Part shown: positions 50,258 to 63,092 of the stretch, in pieces
Layout of the letters: each line of letters opens with the position of its first letter
How positions within the stretch are numbered: position 1 is the first letter of the stretch
Assembly: GCF_032062105.1 (NCBI RefSeq)
Contig: NW_026941129.1
Span: 62,001-126,000 of the forward strand
DNA: 64,000 nucleotides
Reading direction: 5' to 3'
Origin: Saccostrea cucullata
Taxonomy: Eukaryota
Made by a program: the position numbers and the translations under genes
The notes under the pieces: model-generated
What the model saw: the letters and a program-made list of their open reading frames with translations, nothing else
What the model was told of the DNA's origin: nothing
Database searches by the model: none

Positions 50258-50940
50258 TTTATTGTCCCCTACTTTCGCAAGAGAAAGAAGACATTTCATC
50301 TCATTCGCGATCGTCTGTCCGTTCGTCAGTCTAGCTGTGCGTCGGTCATAAAATCTTTAACCTTGTTCATATCTTTTGAATGAGAAGAGATGGGGCTTTT
50401 ATATTATACATGTATATTACCTGTGACAAGACCTTTCTAAATACACTACGAATTTTTAATATATCACCTTGAATTTGAAGTTTGACCCACTTTTTAAACA
50501 AAAAATAATTAGCCTTGATCATAACTTTTGAATGAAAAGAGACAAGGCATTCATTGTTCACACGTATATCACCTGTGACAAGTCCTTTCTAAATCCAGTA
50601 TGATTTTAACTCCGTGACCTTGATCCTTGACGTTAATTTGACTAACTTTTTCAAAAAAGTTATTTTTTCCTTATAACGTTTGATTGAGAAGAGATAGGGC
50701 TTTCTTATTTGATATGTGCATTACCTTTGACAAGATATTTCCAAACATTCTATGATTTCTGACCCCTTGATTTTAATGTTTGACCTAATTTTCATAAAAT
50801 CAACTTTGGTGATAACTTCTGAGTAAAATATGATATATGGCGTTCATAACTGACACAATGCATGTATGCCAAAAATATAACATCTCACCCACAAAGAAGC
50901 GGAAAGTGGTGAACCACAATTCCTTGAATTTGCTTGTTTT
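50258..50940 (-). mobile_element. HINE/pearl-like element, reverse orientation
   Basis: Terminal tttattgtcccc, gtctgtccgt tract, ~150-bp cores (cctgtgacaagacctttc, tgaccttga), ends ...cttgtttt. Confidence 0.6.
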
Positions 50941-51517
50941 ATTTAAGTTTGATAATTAAAAATAGTATAAATTGGTCAATTTTTGTGATATCATGTTGAA
51001 ACCAGTAACAACAGAAATTTTGCTTTAAGAGTTTGAGAAAATTATGTACAGCACAAATGATGACTCGCTTTTAAAGCTGTCTTTGGTTGCTAAAAAGATA
51101 TTGACCTGCTTTAAGTAATTTTCTTATTTGACTACTCTTCCTTACTTGACACTTCTCTTCCTTACTTAATCTCCATATGGGTGAAAAATTCCCGAGAGGG
51201 ACGTTAAACAATATACAATCCTTACTTGACTTTGTATCTTGTATTATACATCGTATTTAAATATGTTCCTTTACCTCATATATACCATGATTGTATTGCA
51301 AAGTTTGACATGTCATACAAATTTAATTCAGATCAGTTTTTATTTGATGTTCATTTAACATGTTTAATAAATTAAAAAAAAAACCTCCTTGATCAAGTTT
51401 CATAACGATAAAAATAAGTTTAAAAGTAAAGTCAAGAGATTGTGACAAGGGCAAAACAATTCGAAATGTCAAGAACAGGGGAAAATGACATTATTTAATA
51501 GCAAGTGTTGTGAAAAG

Positions 51518-51680
51518 GGTACCTGTAAAGTGCGAAACGAAATAGAAACGAAACGAACTGAAACGAAACGAAATCTGCCGAAACGAAACGAAATCTACCA
51601 AAACGAAACGAAACCTACCGAAACGAAACGAAATCAAGACGAAACGAAAGAAATTAAAACGAAACGAAACGAAACAAAAC
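51518..51680 (+). repeat. (GAAAC)n-based array, probable transposon subterminal region
   Basis: gggtacctgtaaagtgc followed by ~20 GAAAC/GAAAT units with a higher-order ~20-bp period; no partner end found. Confidence 0.75.
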
Positions 51681-53259
51681 TTTCAGAATGATTATATTGT
51701 CTATTTTTACTTCATATGAAATTTATATAGTTCAAGCACCACGGGTTCGCTTCAAGCTCATACATAGGCATACGCGTCGGAAGGATATTAAAAGGGGGGG
51801 GGGTTAACCAACAAAAATTGTTGAAAATGCAAAAAAAGGAAAACATGGAACTAGGATCAGGGGTTCTGTTAATCATGGGTTTTGTTCTTGTAAAAGAGCA
51901 TGATTGATCATACAATGTAAATGCATTGAATTTCTACATCTTTCCTCTTAGATTCTATGCAGACAAACTAAAGCAATCTTATGAAGAGCAAAAGTGCCTC
52001 TTTCATAATCCTGAAATTCATGGTCCCAAGTTCATGGGTTTTTGGTACCTATCAGGACAGGCTCTATTTATTATATAGTGGTAATTCTTTAAGAATATTC
52101 TTCTTTGCATCTGAATATTAAGCAGACAAACTAAGTGCATGGTTATGATTATAAATGCCTTTTTATTCGTAACCACTGGGACGGGAGACCTTTGAAGAAG
52201 GCTGCATTAATGTACACAAACTGAGCTCTACTTTTAGAGAAATCATTACTTTCTAGAGTTTTTTTCCCGCCAATTCAGGTGAGCATTAAGGCCTTGGACC
52301 TCTTGTTAAGCAGTAGGGCTACATATATATTACAAACCACTTTTATTCGCCACACCTTTCACTGTAAAGTCCATCAACGACAACTTATTTTCGCAATTAT
52401 AACAACATTTTACATAAATAGGTGACTAATTCGCGATTAAAAGAGGGTAGCAAAACTCGCAGATATTTATCGTGCACGAATAAAATTTGGTTTACGGTAT
52501 CAGTAAACTGCACTTTCATTTCGTTTATTCATTTTTGTAAAAGCATCAATGTAATGTTTTAATTATTTCTATTAAAAGAAATGTGTTATTTATAGGGAAT
52601 TCAGACCGCATACATTGTCATGACGATAAAAATATCAAATAACGTTCCGAAATAAAAAAAAAGATTAAAACATGTCTAAAATATCATGCTACATAGATAA
52701 TGTTTTTTTAAAAAATTAGGTTCTTTCTATCTCTACTGACAAGACAAAAAAACGATGAATGAGAAACAAATAACTTCATTTATATGTAGTCTGAGGTCAT
52801 TGACCGAAAAAAAAAGGTTTTTCAAAGACAAAAAAATAAAATTATATAAATCGACCTGGTACACTAGGTCTTCGCTTTATTAATTTTATAGAGGAGTCTC
52901 TTGGCAAATTGGCACATTTAAAGGATTCAGCTAGTCCGAAATATCTGACGTTTTCAGTCGTGTTTTATCACGATTTTAATTCATGTAGAATGGTCACTGG
53001 CATATGTTTTTGAATGGACATTGAGAATTCACAAAAATAGCTACATTCGTCAATGTGATTGAAGTTTGGGGGAGAAAAAAAAAGAAGTAAAAACATAATT
53101 ATATGGTTTGTCAAATTCCTAGGTCCACGCCTGTGACCCTTTTCACCAAAAAAAAAAACAAAAAACAAAAACAAAACCAAAAACAAAAACCAAAAAAAAA
53201 AAACAAAAAAAAACTTTTATTGATCAGATAAGAAATTTATATCTGTAATTTTTAAAAAA

Positions 53260-54150
53260 ATAAATATATATGATTTTTTTCTTACTAGTAGTCATATTTA
53301 CTTAGTAACTTAGTGGAATTGAAGTATAATATCTTTTTATGTCCTACTACAGCTGTTGAGGAATATAGGACAATTTTTGTCTCATTCGTAAGAATTTTTT
53401 ATGATTTTCAAATTAAAAAAATATATTCAAAACAACAAATTTTACAACTTTTGACCTGATGACTCGAGACAAGCGATAATACTTACTCTATCATATTATT
53501 CCATCTTTTTTTATTTTTAATGCACAAACTAAATTACTAAAAGTTATTTAATATATAAAATAAATCAGTTGACCCCCCCCCCCCCACTCCCCAACTGAAA
53601 ATGTGGATTCGTGTTAAAAAATGTCATACATCATGAAGGTAAATGAAATATATTTTCAGATTTTTTCAAATCTTGTCAAGAAATTTCTGGGTTCTTTTTT
53701 TTTTTTGCAAGTATCTTGGTAAAAAATGTTTCCGGCCATTTTTTTTTTTAAATAACAATATAAAAAATTTAAATAAAATTTTTTCAAACTGTGTGGCTAG
53801 TTGCAGTAACAGCTGACAGCAGTGTTGAGGAATATAGGATAAACAATTTACATAAATGTTTTTGTTTAATAAATATATATGAATTTTTTTCTTATAGTCA
53901 TATTTGGAATTGAAGTATAATATCTTTTTATGTCCTACTACAGCTGTTGAGGAATATAGGACAATTTTTGTCTCATTCGTAAGAATTTTTTATGATTTTC
54001 AAATTAAAAAAATTTTCTCGATCTTCCTCTGCAAGCTTCAATTCAAAATTGTTTACAAATTTTACAACTTGAAGTTTCGTGACCTGATGAGCTCGAGACA
54101 AGCGATAATTACTTACTCTATCATGTATATGGTAGATTCCATCTTTAGTT
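53260..54150 (+). repeat. Local direct duplication (~250 bp)
   Basis: tggaattgaagtataatatctttttatgtcctactacagctgttgaggaatataggac...ctcgagacaagcgataat at ~53315-53495 and ~53905-54125. Confidence 0.8.
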
Positions 54151-55142
54151 TATTTTTACGGCACGTATTACGTACATTCCTTGCTTGCGTGTCAGTTCAG
54201 TTGAGTTTCTCGGATGTTTTCTTAACTTAAGGTCAAGATCTAGTAAATGAAAGGTGCCTTCAGATTTTTCAAATTTGAGAAACGGGTTCTTTAATGACCC
54301 TTTGCAAATATAGCTTGGTAAAATAAGGTGTTTAGGGCCATATTTTTTTTTTAACAAGACAAAAAACATATCCCATTTTAAAGATGTAGCAATACTGCCT
54401 TATTGCCTCACAAAAGATATCATGAACATTATATGATGTTTTTTCTGAATACAATGAAAATCATTTTCTACATAATTCTATTATACTCTAGAAAAATTTA
54501 AAAGTATAAATCAATATAAATTAATTAAGGTCTGTGAAGATGTAGAGTATATAAATATATTATAAATCTTCCGAACGAAACACTGAGGCGTATGTCATGC
54601 AAGTTGTTTATTACAATCAGTATTCCAATATATCTTAATACTTTATATCTTCTTATCTTTTAATCAAATAAAGAACGAACAAAAACAATTTAAAAACTTG
54701 AAAATCACACATTACACTTTTTTTTTGTTTTTTATATTAACGATCAGCTGATCTCTGTTTACTAAAACTGTTTGCGTCATCAAGAACATCCGATCTTCTT
54801 AGAAATATCTAGACCAAGGCAACAATATACAACATATTTAAAGATTTTCAAATGCGCCTCCTTAAAGATACATAGACATTAGATATTTTATTCTTCAGCG
54901 TAAACTTAAAGTAATTAACTAGTTAGACATAGTTTTGTGTAATTTTTAGATTAATGAAAATTGTTTTGCTCGTGGGAGAAACTGCACGTTTCCTAACTTA
55001 ATGTAACATCCAATATCCGCAGCCTGCCATATGTTAAGCGAACATTTCACTTAGTTTGTTCTTTCTCTCTTTTTTCTCCTACAAGTACGAATGTACTTGG
55101 TTTGCAGATTTGCACTTGCATTCAGACGCTGAAGAAGTTAAG

Positions 55143-56349
55143 ATGTGGGGAGGTGTTTTCTGTCTGTTGGCGGGCATTTCTGTGACTTTGGCCGAAATAA
55201 GACAATTTCAGATGACCGATTGTGGTAAGGAGATGTTTATATATTTTTTATACTAAATATACATGTATTTTTTTAATTAAAAAGTAACTTATCTTGTGTT
55301 AAAATAATCATACATGTACAAGCTGAACCCTTTACAATATAAACTCCTTTTTCACTGTAATCTGCAATAATTTAGAAACAAAATATTTGAAATATCATAG
55401 TTTATCCAGAAAACACGTGTCTTTTTTTTGGGGGGGGGGCTCCTTTTTTCAGAAAGGGGCTTTAATTAATTCTCCATTTTTAAAAAAAATAATTTCCGTT
55501 CTGATGTTGTTTAATTATTTCATAATGATATTCGTTTATTTATATTAAATGTAAAATTCTAGCTGATCCATATAATTGTCATATTTACTGCATTCTTTAT
55601 CATTTTCTGGGGTTAATGAAGGTTTTTAAAAGACTTTCATTCATAGGAAGTGGCATTTTTAGTTCTATAATGTCGAAAGAATTGAAATAGGCCATTGAAC
55701 AGAAGTATATAATTCCTCCTTTGAATTTAAAATGCTTTAAAATTAAATGTTACGTTATGTTGATCGATGTTCAAGAAGTGCCAAATCTTTATCTTCTTTA
55801 ACGTTTTTTTTTTTTTAGAGAGAGAGACATAATATTTGATAAAGTAATTTTTGGGATGTGGCTGTGGCCTTAATAAGGACCCCAAACTGGTCGCACCCCA
55901 CCCCTTTTCAAGATTCCTGGATCCGCTGATTCTAACATATTCATTTAACCCTACTATTGCAGTATGTTGTCGTTATAGGTTCCAGTAGAGATGTCCAGTT
56001 TCACAGTGTGTCAGTGACCCCTATGCCTGTCCGGATCCCGGGGGATATCCGCCTCTCCGTGGACGCCAGTCTAACTAAGGCGATAGGAAGCTCCAGAATG
56101 TCCCTCTCTATCAAAAGGAAATCCTACTTTGGGGTAGAAGTTCCTATGCCCTGCCTTTTCAATATCGGATCTTGGTAAATGGTGAGAGAGAGGGGGGTAT
56201 AGGAAAGAGGCAGATAGAAATAGAGAGAGAAAGAAAGAAAGAAAGAGGGACGGTGAGAGTGAAGTAGAGGGAGATCAAGAGATAGACAAACACAAAGACA
56301 GATAAAGAGAGAGAGAGAGAGTTTGAGAGAGAAAAAGACAGAAAAAGGC

Positions 56350-56401
<52 letters not shown>

Positions 56402-57626
56402 GGTCAGATTATAATCTCAGTTTATCTCGGAGTTTGTGTTTAATTTAGTTTGAAATTTTATTTTTAGTACATACGATGACCTCTGTACGATGGTGCAGAA
56501 AATGATCACGGAGAACTGGGTGGGGATAGTGGGGGGTATCGGTACACAGATCCAGACCATGCTGACCAGTGTGGGGGTCAATGCCAGTCAGTGCCCCCAG
56601 CCCCCCAGGAATATCCGTATCACAGACTACCCCATCAGTATTCCCAGAATTCCTGCTATCCTCACCTGGTTTGCAGCGGTACGTATGAAAAGCTAGCTTA
56701 TTTTTTTTAATTCACAAATTTAACTTTCTGATGAATATNNNNNNNNNNNNNNNNNNNNNNNNNNNNNNNNNNNNNNNNNNNNNNNNNNNNNNNNNNNNNN
56801 NNNNNNNNNNNNNNNNNNNNNNNNNNNNNNNNNNNNNNNNNNNNNNNNNNNNNNNNNNNNNNNNNNNNNNNNNNNNNNNNNNNNNNNCAGAAAAAATATA
56901 TTTATCAAAATCAATTCAAGTTTATTTCAATACTTGATTTTGCTTTTCAAGAGTTATTCATTTTCCACAATTAAGTAAGCACATTAGGTTTTAAAATAAA
57001 TAAAATTATAATAACGTTTAGATTAAATGATAGTACTCTTCCTTGTCGTGGTTTTATAATAATTTTAGTACAATTCTCAGTCAACCTTGGACTTTCAGTA
57101 AGGCGTTGCATTCTTGCCATTCTCGGCGCTACGTAATTAGCATCTCTCAAATGGCGAGATAGATTCTCATTGGTTAAGAAATTGATAACATGAACTTTAA
57201 ATCGTTGTTGACAACGATTAGACGATTTAGGGCCCACCCTTTTACCGTACGAAACGCTGTCATTGGATCATTGCTACACTCATTGACATTCGCCCGAATT
57301 TCTATCCCAGTGAATGAGAGGCTGTGTACATTTCAGACGCTAATTACGTAAAGTCGAAAATGTCACGCCTTTACTGAAAGTCCAAGGATAATAGAGAATT
57401 GTACTATTGTCCATTATTCCCAGTCGTTAAAAATCTACCTGATCTGATGTAGACTTGTGTATATATCAGTGGTGTAGACTTGTATATATTTCAGGGTGAC
57501 TACCGTGTGATTGTTAAGGTGAATGAGAACGGCACGGGGAGACAACTGGTGTGCCTGAACCTCCAGCTCTCCGTCACCCAACACAGAGAACCCAGCACTT
57601 CCGGCTGGTTGTTTGGTGGCCGATAA
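55143..57626 (+). CDS. Ganglioside GM2 activator-like ML-domain lipid-binding protein, 4 exons
   Basis: Exons 55143-55224, 55979-56174, 56468-56678, 57495-57626; signal peptide, FQMTDCG, VTPMPVRIPG, PCLFNIGSCTYDDLC, GDYRV...LVCL. Confidence 0.88.
56190..56400. repeat. (GA)n microsatellite
   Basis: Long AG/GA run in intron 2 of the GM2-activator-like gene. Confidence 0.95.
56739..56887. other. Assembly gap (N run)
   Basis: Ns in sequence. Confidence 1.
57066..57406. mobile_element. MITE with long imperfect TIRs, TAG...CTA termini
   Basis: tagtacaattctc...ccttggactttcagtaaggcgt...tacgtaattagc pairs with gctaattacgta...acgcctttactgaaagtccaagg...gagaattgtacta. Confidence 0.75.
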
Positions 57627-58373
57627 CAACGACCTTAATATATTGATATTGTTTCACATTACATGAATAAAAACTTATAATGATTAACAATATTTTTAAT
57701 TTGTAACTTAAATTGTATAAAATCAAGGTACCTAATTTAAAAATAAGGGCAAGTAGCATCGGCGGGAAGGGGGATTTAATGTATATTTATGACCTTGACC
57801 TTTGACCTGGAAATCTGTATTGGTCTTCTGTAGGCCATAGGGAGTTGTGATATTAATTTTTATTTAAAAAAAGAGGCTCATAGAAAACAAAAGTTATCAT
57901 TTGGAAAATGTTATTTACAATTTATGAATTTCTGAACTCCATCTGTTGACATTATCCAAAATCCAAAAATCTTCTTTGGGCCACATGGCGTTTGAAATCG
58001 ATCTTAAAATCTACAGGGGTCTCCACGAGACCATAAGAAGTTGTGATATAAAATTTCCTTATGAAAACGTATAAGCTTTTTAAGATATTGTCAAAAAAAA
58101 GTGTTACACAATAAACGCATTTTAAACAGACAGTTTATTGAGGAAGAGAGTATTTACGAAAAATGGATCTTGAAAGTGCCCCCATTTGACTACAATAAAG
58201 AGTAATAGCCCCCAAGAAAAGAGATTTTTAATAGCTTTTAGTGAAAGCTATGGACAAAAATACACTTTTATGAAATTTCAGTATGTGAATGAAAAATGAA
58301 ACCTATTATTCGTCATGGATTTGGTATAGTTCTGTTTTAACATTTTGCAAACCTAGTATATATGCATTACAGT

Positions 58374-58540
58374 AACAGACACTTGTTTCTGTAATAATTT
58401 TTTTTTTACCCATAGGCCTAATATAAGAGTGTTATAATTATACTATGGGTAAAAAATTATTACAGAAACCAGGGACTTATTTATACTAACTTACTCGTTA
58501 GTATATATACATGTAGGTCCCTGCAGAAACAAGTGCCTAT
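58374..58540. mobile_element. Palindromic MITE carrying a nested 54-bp insertion (58470-58523) with 7-bp TSD
   Basis: Outer arms cacttgtttctgtaataattttt..tacccatag / ctatgggtaaaaaattattacagaaac..aagtg; inner CAGGGAC...GTCCCTG flanked by cagaaac on both sides. Confidence 0.75.
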
Positions 58541-59629
58541 GATAACAGTGTGACAATCAATATAATCATGATAATGTTTCAACTTTGCAAAGCTTCATTG
58601 CACTGTAATTTATCTACACTAACATTTCTACATAAAACATCTATTACCATCAAAAGACAAAAATAACGTACTTTCTTTGCGCAGCCGTTTTCCCCCTTAC
58701 CTGGCGCATTTCTATGTTTATGTTGAAATGCGTCAACGCACACGCTTGCTGTCCTTGCTGTTTGTTTATAAACGATGAACCATGTGTATTTTCATAGTTT
58801 TTGGCAACACTCCACCCTAGCAAAAGCAGTTTACATTGTTTATGAGTATTTTACAAAGGCACAAATAAGTGAACGTAACTTTTAGTAAGGTTTAGCTGTA
58901 TCGCAATAACAGGCTAATGCATCTCCGTGTAGCTGGGCTGCGGTGACTGGATTCAGGTATGCACTGATGATCAGAACAGCTAAATTTTACTGTGATATTT
59001 GTTTAGATGTCTGCAGTGTAAGCAATGTCTAGTGAGTTTTGCGAGTGTTTCCTCTTCACCGCTTTCCCCCCGGGGGGTGGGGCACTAAACGTATACAGGT
59101 GGGGACCACTCGCCCAAATGGGATATAATATTAGTCCGTTGTGATATATCCTAAATGCCTTATGGGATATATATTTACAGTTTTTATTTTGGCTATAAAT
59201 ATCATAAATCCGCATCAGGGCACATATAAAAGGAATAACTTTTGGTTGACAAGTAAAGTTTTTCTGTATGACCATTGTTTATAGGAGAATTGATCCCTTG
59301 GAAGTTCCAAAACTTCTTGGGGGGTCAATCTTACAAACTGTAGGGTTGCAGATAAATTTGCTTACCAGAAGTTATTCCTTTATATGTGTCCTGATGCAGA
59401 TTTATGATATTTAATATAGCCAAAATAAAAATTTTCATTTTTTGCACTATAGCTATTATATCCCATTTGGGCAAGTTCATGTAGACAGCATGTAGACATA
59501 ATTGCGGGTGATAAGTCACCATAAACAATCTGACAAGTAGACATAAATGTTTGATAAGTCACCACAAACATCCTTACAAGTAGACATTATAATAATACCT
59601 GTATACATAATACCAGTATGTAAATTCTG

Positions 59630-59691
59630 GTATGTTGCCCTCAAAGTCATGTGATATATTATATCACATGACTTTGAGTTTGGCAACATAC
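59630..59691. repeat. ~30-bp-arm palindrome
   Basis: gtatgttgcc-ctcaaagtcatgtgatata|t|tatatcacatgactttgag-tttggcaacatac. Confidence 0.8.
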
Positions 59692-62600
59692 TGTCAATAA
59701 ATGAATATTATACTTTCATGTAAATTACTCGAGTCTGATTGGTCGAGAAACATTTGTTAAAAAACACTATTACCCGCTGAATAATGAAGCCACACCCTCC
59801 AGCGTAGCAACAGTCAACATTGCTTGACGACGGGTGGTATTCCAAAAAATAGCGACTGCGCAGAATTTATGCACACACGGTTCACTGTTATATGCATTAA
59901 AATGTTTAAAACATTCAGTATAATATAATAAATATAGCATGTACTTTGCGTACACCTAGGAATTCAAACCATCGCTGTCATGAGATTACATTGATGTATC
60001 GATACGAACACGTATACATTCATAACGTATAGTCTTGGCTCTAATAACTATAAAATATTAATGTTGGTTTTTAATCTGTTTCAAATTTCATTCATAAAAA
60101 TTGGCGAAAATAAACACTGATATAATTGATTGACAAGTTGGCTCGATTACAATTAGTAATGTTAGAATTAGACGCAAAGATTAAAAACCGTTAAAATTCC
60201 CGTTTTATTTAATATTTTACACTGTATCAAATTACAATACAAGCTTAAATTTCATTGCAGGATTCTTTTTTACAGTTACTAAAATACACAAATTCTTCGC
60301 ATCCTCTGCACTATAAGAATATAAGATCATCTTTGATTAAGTATAGAAGGTGGTATGAAATGAATTTTTTTAGATGAACATTTTCGTAGATGTTTAAGAT
60401 ACTGATAATGAATATTAAAATGAATGACGCTAAGACATGCAGCGCTTAAGAATAAATTTAGGACCATATCCAAATGGATCGGAAGAATTAGATTGGTTTT
60501 AAAAGATTTCGATTTCATTTCAAGTTTGAAATCTATACTGTCGACGATAACGAAGAAATTTAACTTCAACTTTATTTAGCACTATATCATCAATAAAGTT
60601 AAAATATTGTCCAATAATGTCAGTAGCTAGGGATAATCTCTCAGTCGAGTGTGTTTTTTATCTAATGACTTGCTAAAGGTCCTGAGATTATTCTTTTCTT
60701 AATTGTTTTAAAATCTGAAGATTTTTTTAATGATGTAGAGGACATTTTTTCTGATGACAATATAGTGAATTTATGCACCCACGAAGGATTTTGGAGATAA
60801 TAATGCATTTATTTAGTTTTCAAGTAAAATGATAATTAAAAAGAACAGGCATTGCTTTTGACGATGTTTAAAAAAGGATTTCAATAACCTAGTTTAAATT
60901 AAACACTTCAAAATTCGATATATATATAAGGCCCAGTTTGCAAATGAAACTTACTGCTAAATTGATTTGGAGTTACAGGTTTCATATTTTAGTTTATGTG
61001 GTAGGCGTTGGTACTGTTCAATGACCCTAGACATGTGTGCCATATATTCACCAGCATGTGGTGCCGTCTCCATGATTGAAACAGACAAAATAACAAACAT
61101 GGTGTTGTGTATGGTGTCTGAAAATTAATTTCATTGTATATTATGCAACTATTGTGGCTTCCCCTATCATAGTTCGTGTGTGAATATTCATGTTTGAAGC
61201 ATTTAGTTGTTATATAAGGTTTCGAACGGACGGGGTACGAATTATTACACCGTCAGTCTAAGTAGCCTAACTTTCAGTAGCATTATCCTCACCCAGTAAG
61301 TAAAAACTCGTAAAACTGAACAGACACATGATCATTATGATCTGTTTTTTTTTTCATTTATCTCAATGTGCTCAATGTGAGATGAATTATATACTGGCTT
61401 TTATTTATATATTTTTATATACTTTAATTTTTATTTATTTATATCGTCTATAAACATGTTTTTCAGACTGTTAACACGGGTCCAGCACAAGGTATATATA
61501 TAGCTTCATAAACTTAAATAGCTTTATCAAGGTATTACAAATACCTCGATCAATGTATTTTATGTAATAAAAATCTTTAAAAAATAAATCTAAAATTTAA
61601 AAGTCGAATTATGAGTTGTGGTCAGTGTGTTATAGGTAAACCGAAAGTAGAAAGTTATAATCATCATTAAAAAATTAGGTTTATGTTTTTAAATTATTAA
61701 TTTAATCTTTTAATCATGTTCATTATAAAATAAGAATAATCTGAATACAGAAATATAATATTACACAATCAGAATGAAATTATAATCAACATCATGAGAG
61801 CTGAATGAACATGATTATAAATCTCAAAATGTAATTCTTGATTTATAAAATAAAAAAAACACCAATCCTGGTACGGAATCAAGTCATAAATTTAAAATAT
61901 CCGTGTCTTAAGTATGGAACGCCATGGCTGACGTCACAGGATTATGAATTTCTCCTTTTGATTCCATGACCGAATTGTTTTAAATCATTCATGCATGCAG
62001 AGTGATTGTTTGCTTCATGGTGATTGATGATGTAATCGCTTAATGTTAAGTATCTGCGTCAGAAAGGGTACGTTTACACTTGTTACTCTCAAGGAAGGTC
62101 TATAATGATATAACATCTCATAATAGGCTGCCACCGAAAACTGAAATCAACTGTAATGATTATATTTCCAAAAAAAAAATCATTGTGCATTTATAACTTG
62201 AACGCACATTTTACGGGTAGTTCAGACTTCATATTAACATGTGAATTTTAATTTTTCGGCCACACAGCGAGAACCTGCTGGTCAGCTATGATGCAACTTC
62301 ACTTTACACAAATTTGCAATAGGAGCAGCTAATGGCTGCTAATTATACGGCTTGCAGAAAAAATTGACAAAAGTATTTTCTCAGCCCGACTACAGCAGCC
62401 ATATGTTATTTAGTTAGATTTATCCAAAAAAAAGTATTATACATATATCCGAATTCAATGAATGTACTAGTATTTTTGAACAAATCATTGAATATACGAT
62501 GGGTTCTAAGTATTGGTCCCTTTCCGTTTGCGATATTTTGCTTACATAAAATTACCAATGAATTTTGAAACAACTTTATTAATTATGCGATTAGGTTTAA

Positions 62601-62854
62601 GGAATTATTGAAATAAAAAATATGAAAAAGAAATAAAAGGATTGCAATACCAATAATTATGAAGCCAGCATATAATTATAAACCCACAACATATTATTAT
62701 GAACCCACAGCATATAATAATAGACCCACGGTATATATAATAAAATTATCTAACATTATGGTAGCATTTGTGTTCCATACAAAACAAGAGACGACTTATT
62801 TATAACATTGATATGATTTACATGTTTGAATTTAATTTATGTTTACAGTTCAAA

Positions 62855-63092
62855 ATGTCTTCAACTTATGATGTAATGAAGGGAAGGCCATGGAGAGCTG
62901 TTAACTTTGATTGGGATTTTTTAGTCGGTGATAAGAAACTCAGTAGAGGAATCGCAATTATAGAAGAGAGGAAAAGATTTGTTAAAATGTTGCAGGATTT
63001 AAAGTTTCAAATTTATCCATCCGAACATAACCAAGTTGTAAAGTTAACAAGAAATTTATCAAAGTCTACATTTATGGATGAACTGAAGGAAT
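62855..63092 (+). CDS. First coding exon of a divergent caspase-like (peptidase C14) protein, continues beyond
   Basis: MSSTYDVMKGRPWRAVNFDWDF...LSRG...E...FVKMLQDLKFQI...NLSKSTFMDELKE follows the spacing of the caspase large-subunit start (Y.M...R...F...L.R.G...L.F....NL); acceptor before the ATG and donor gtgagt at 63093. Catalytic residues are not in the window. Confidence 0.45.

Noticed and set aside
51485-51691. ETKRN-repeat protein ORF
   Set aside because: Translation of a GAAAC simple repeat.
56720-56937. ORFs containing X runs
   Set aside because: Artefacts of the N gap.
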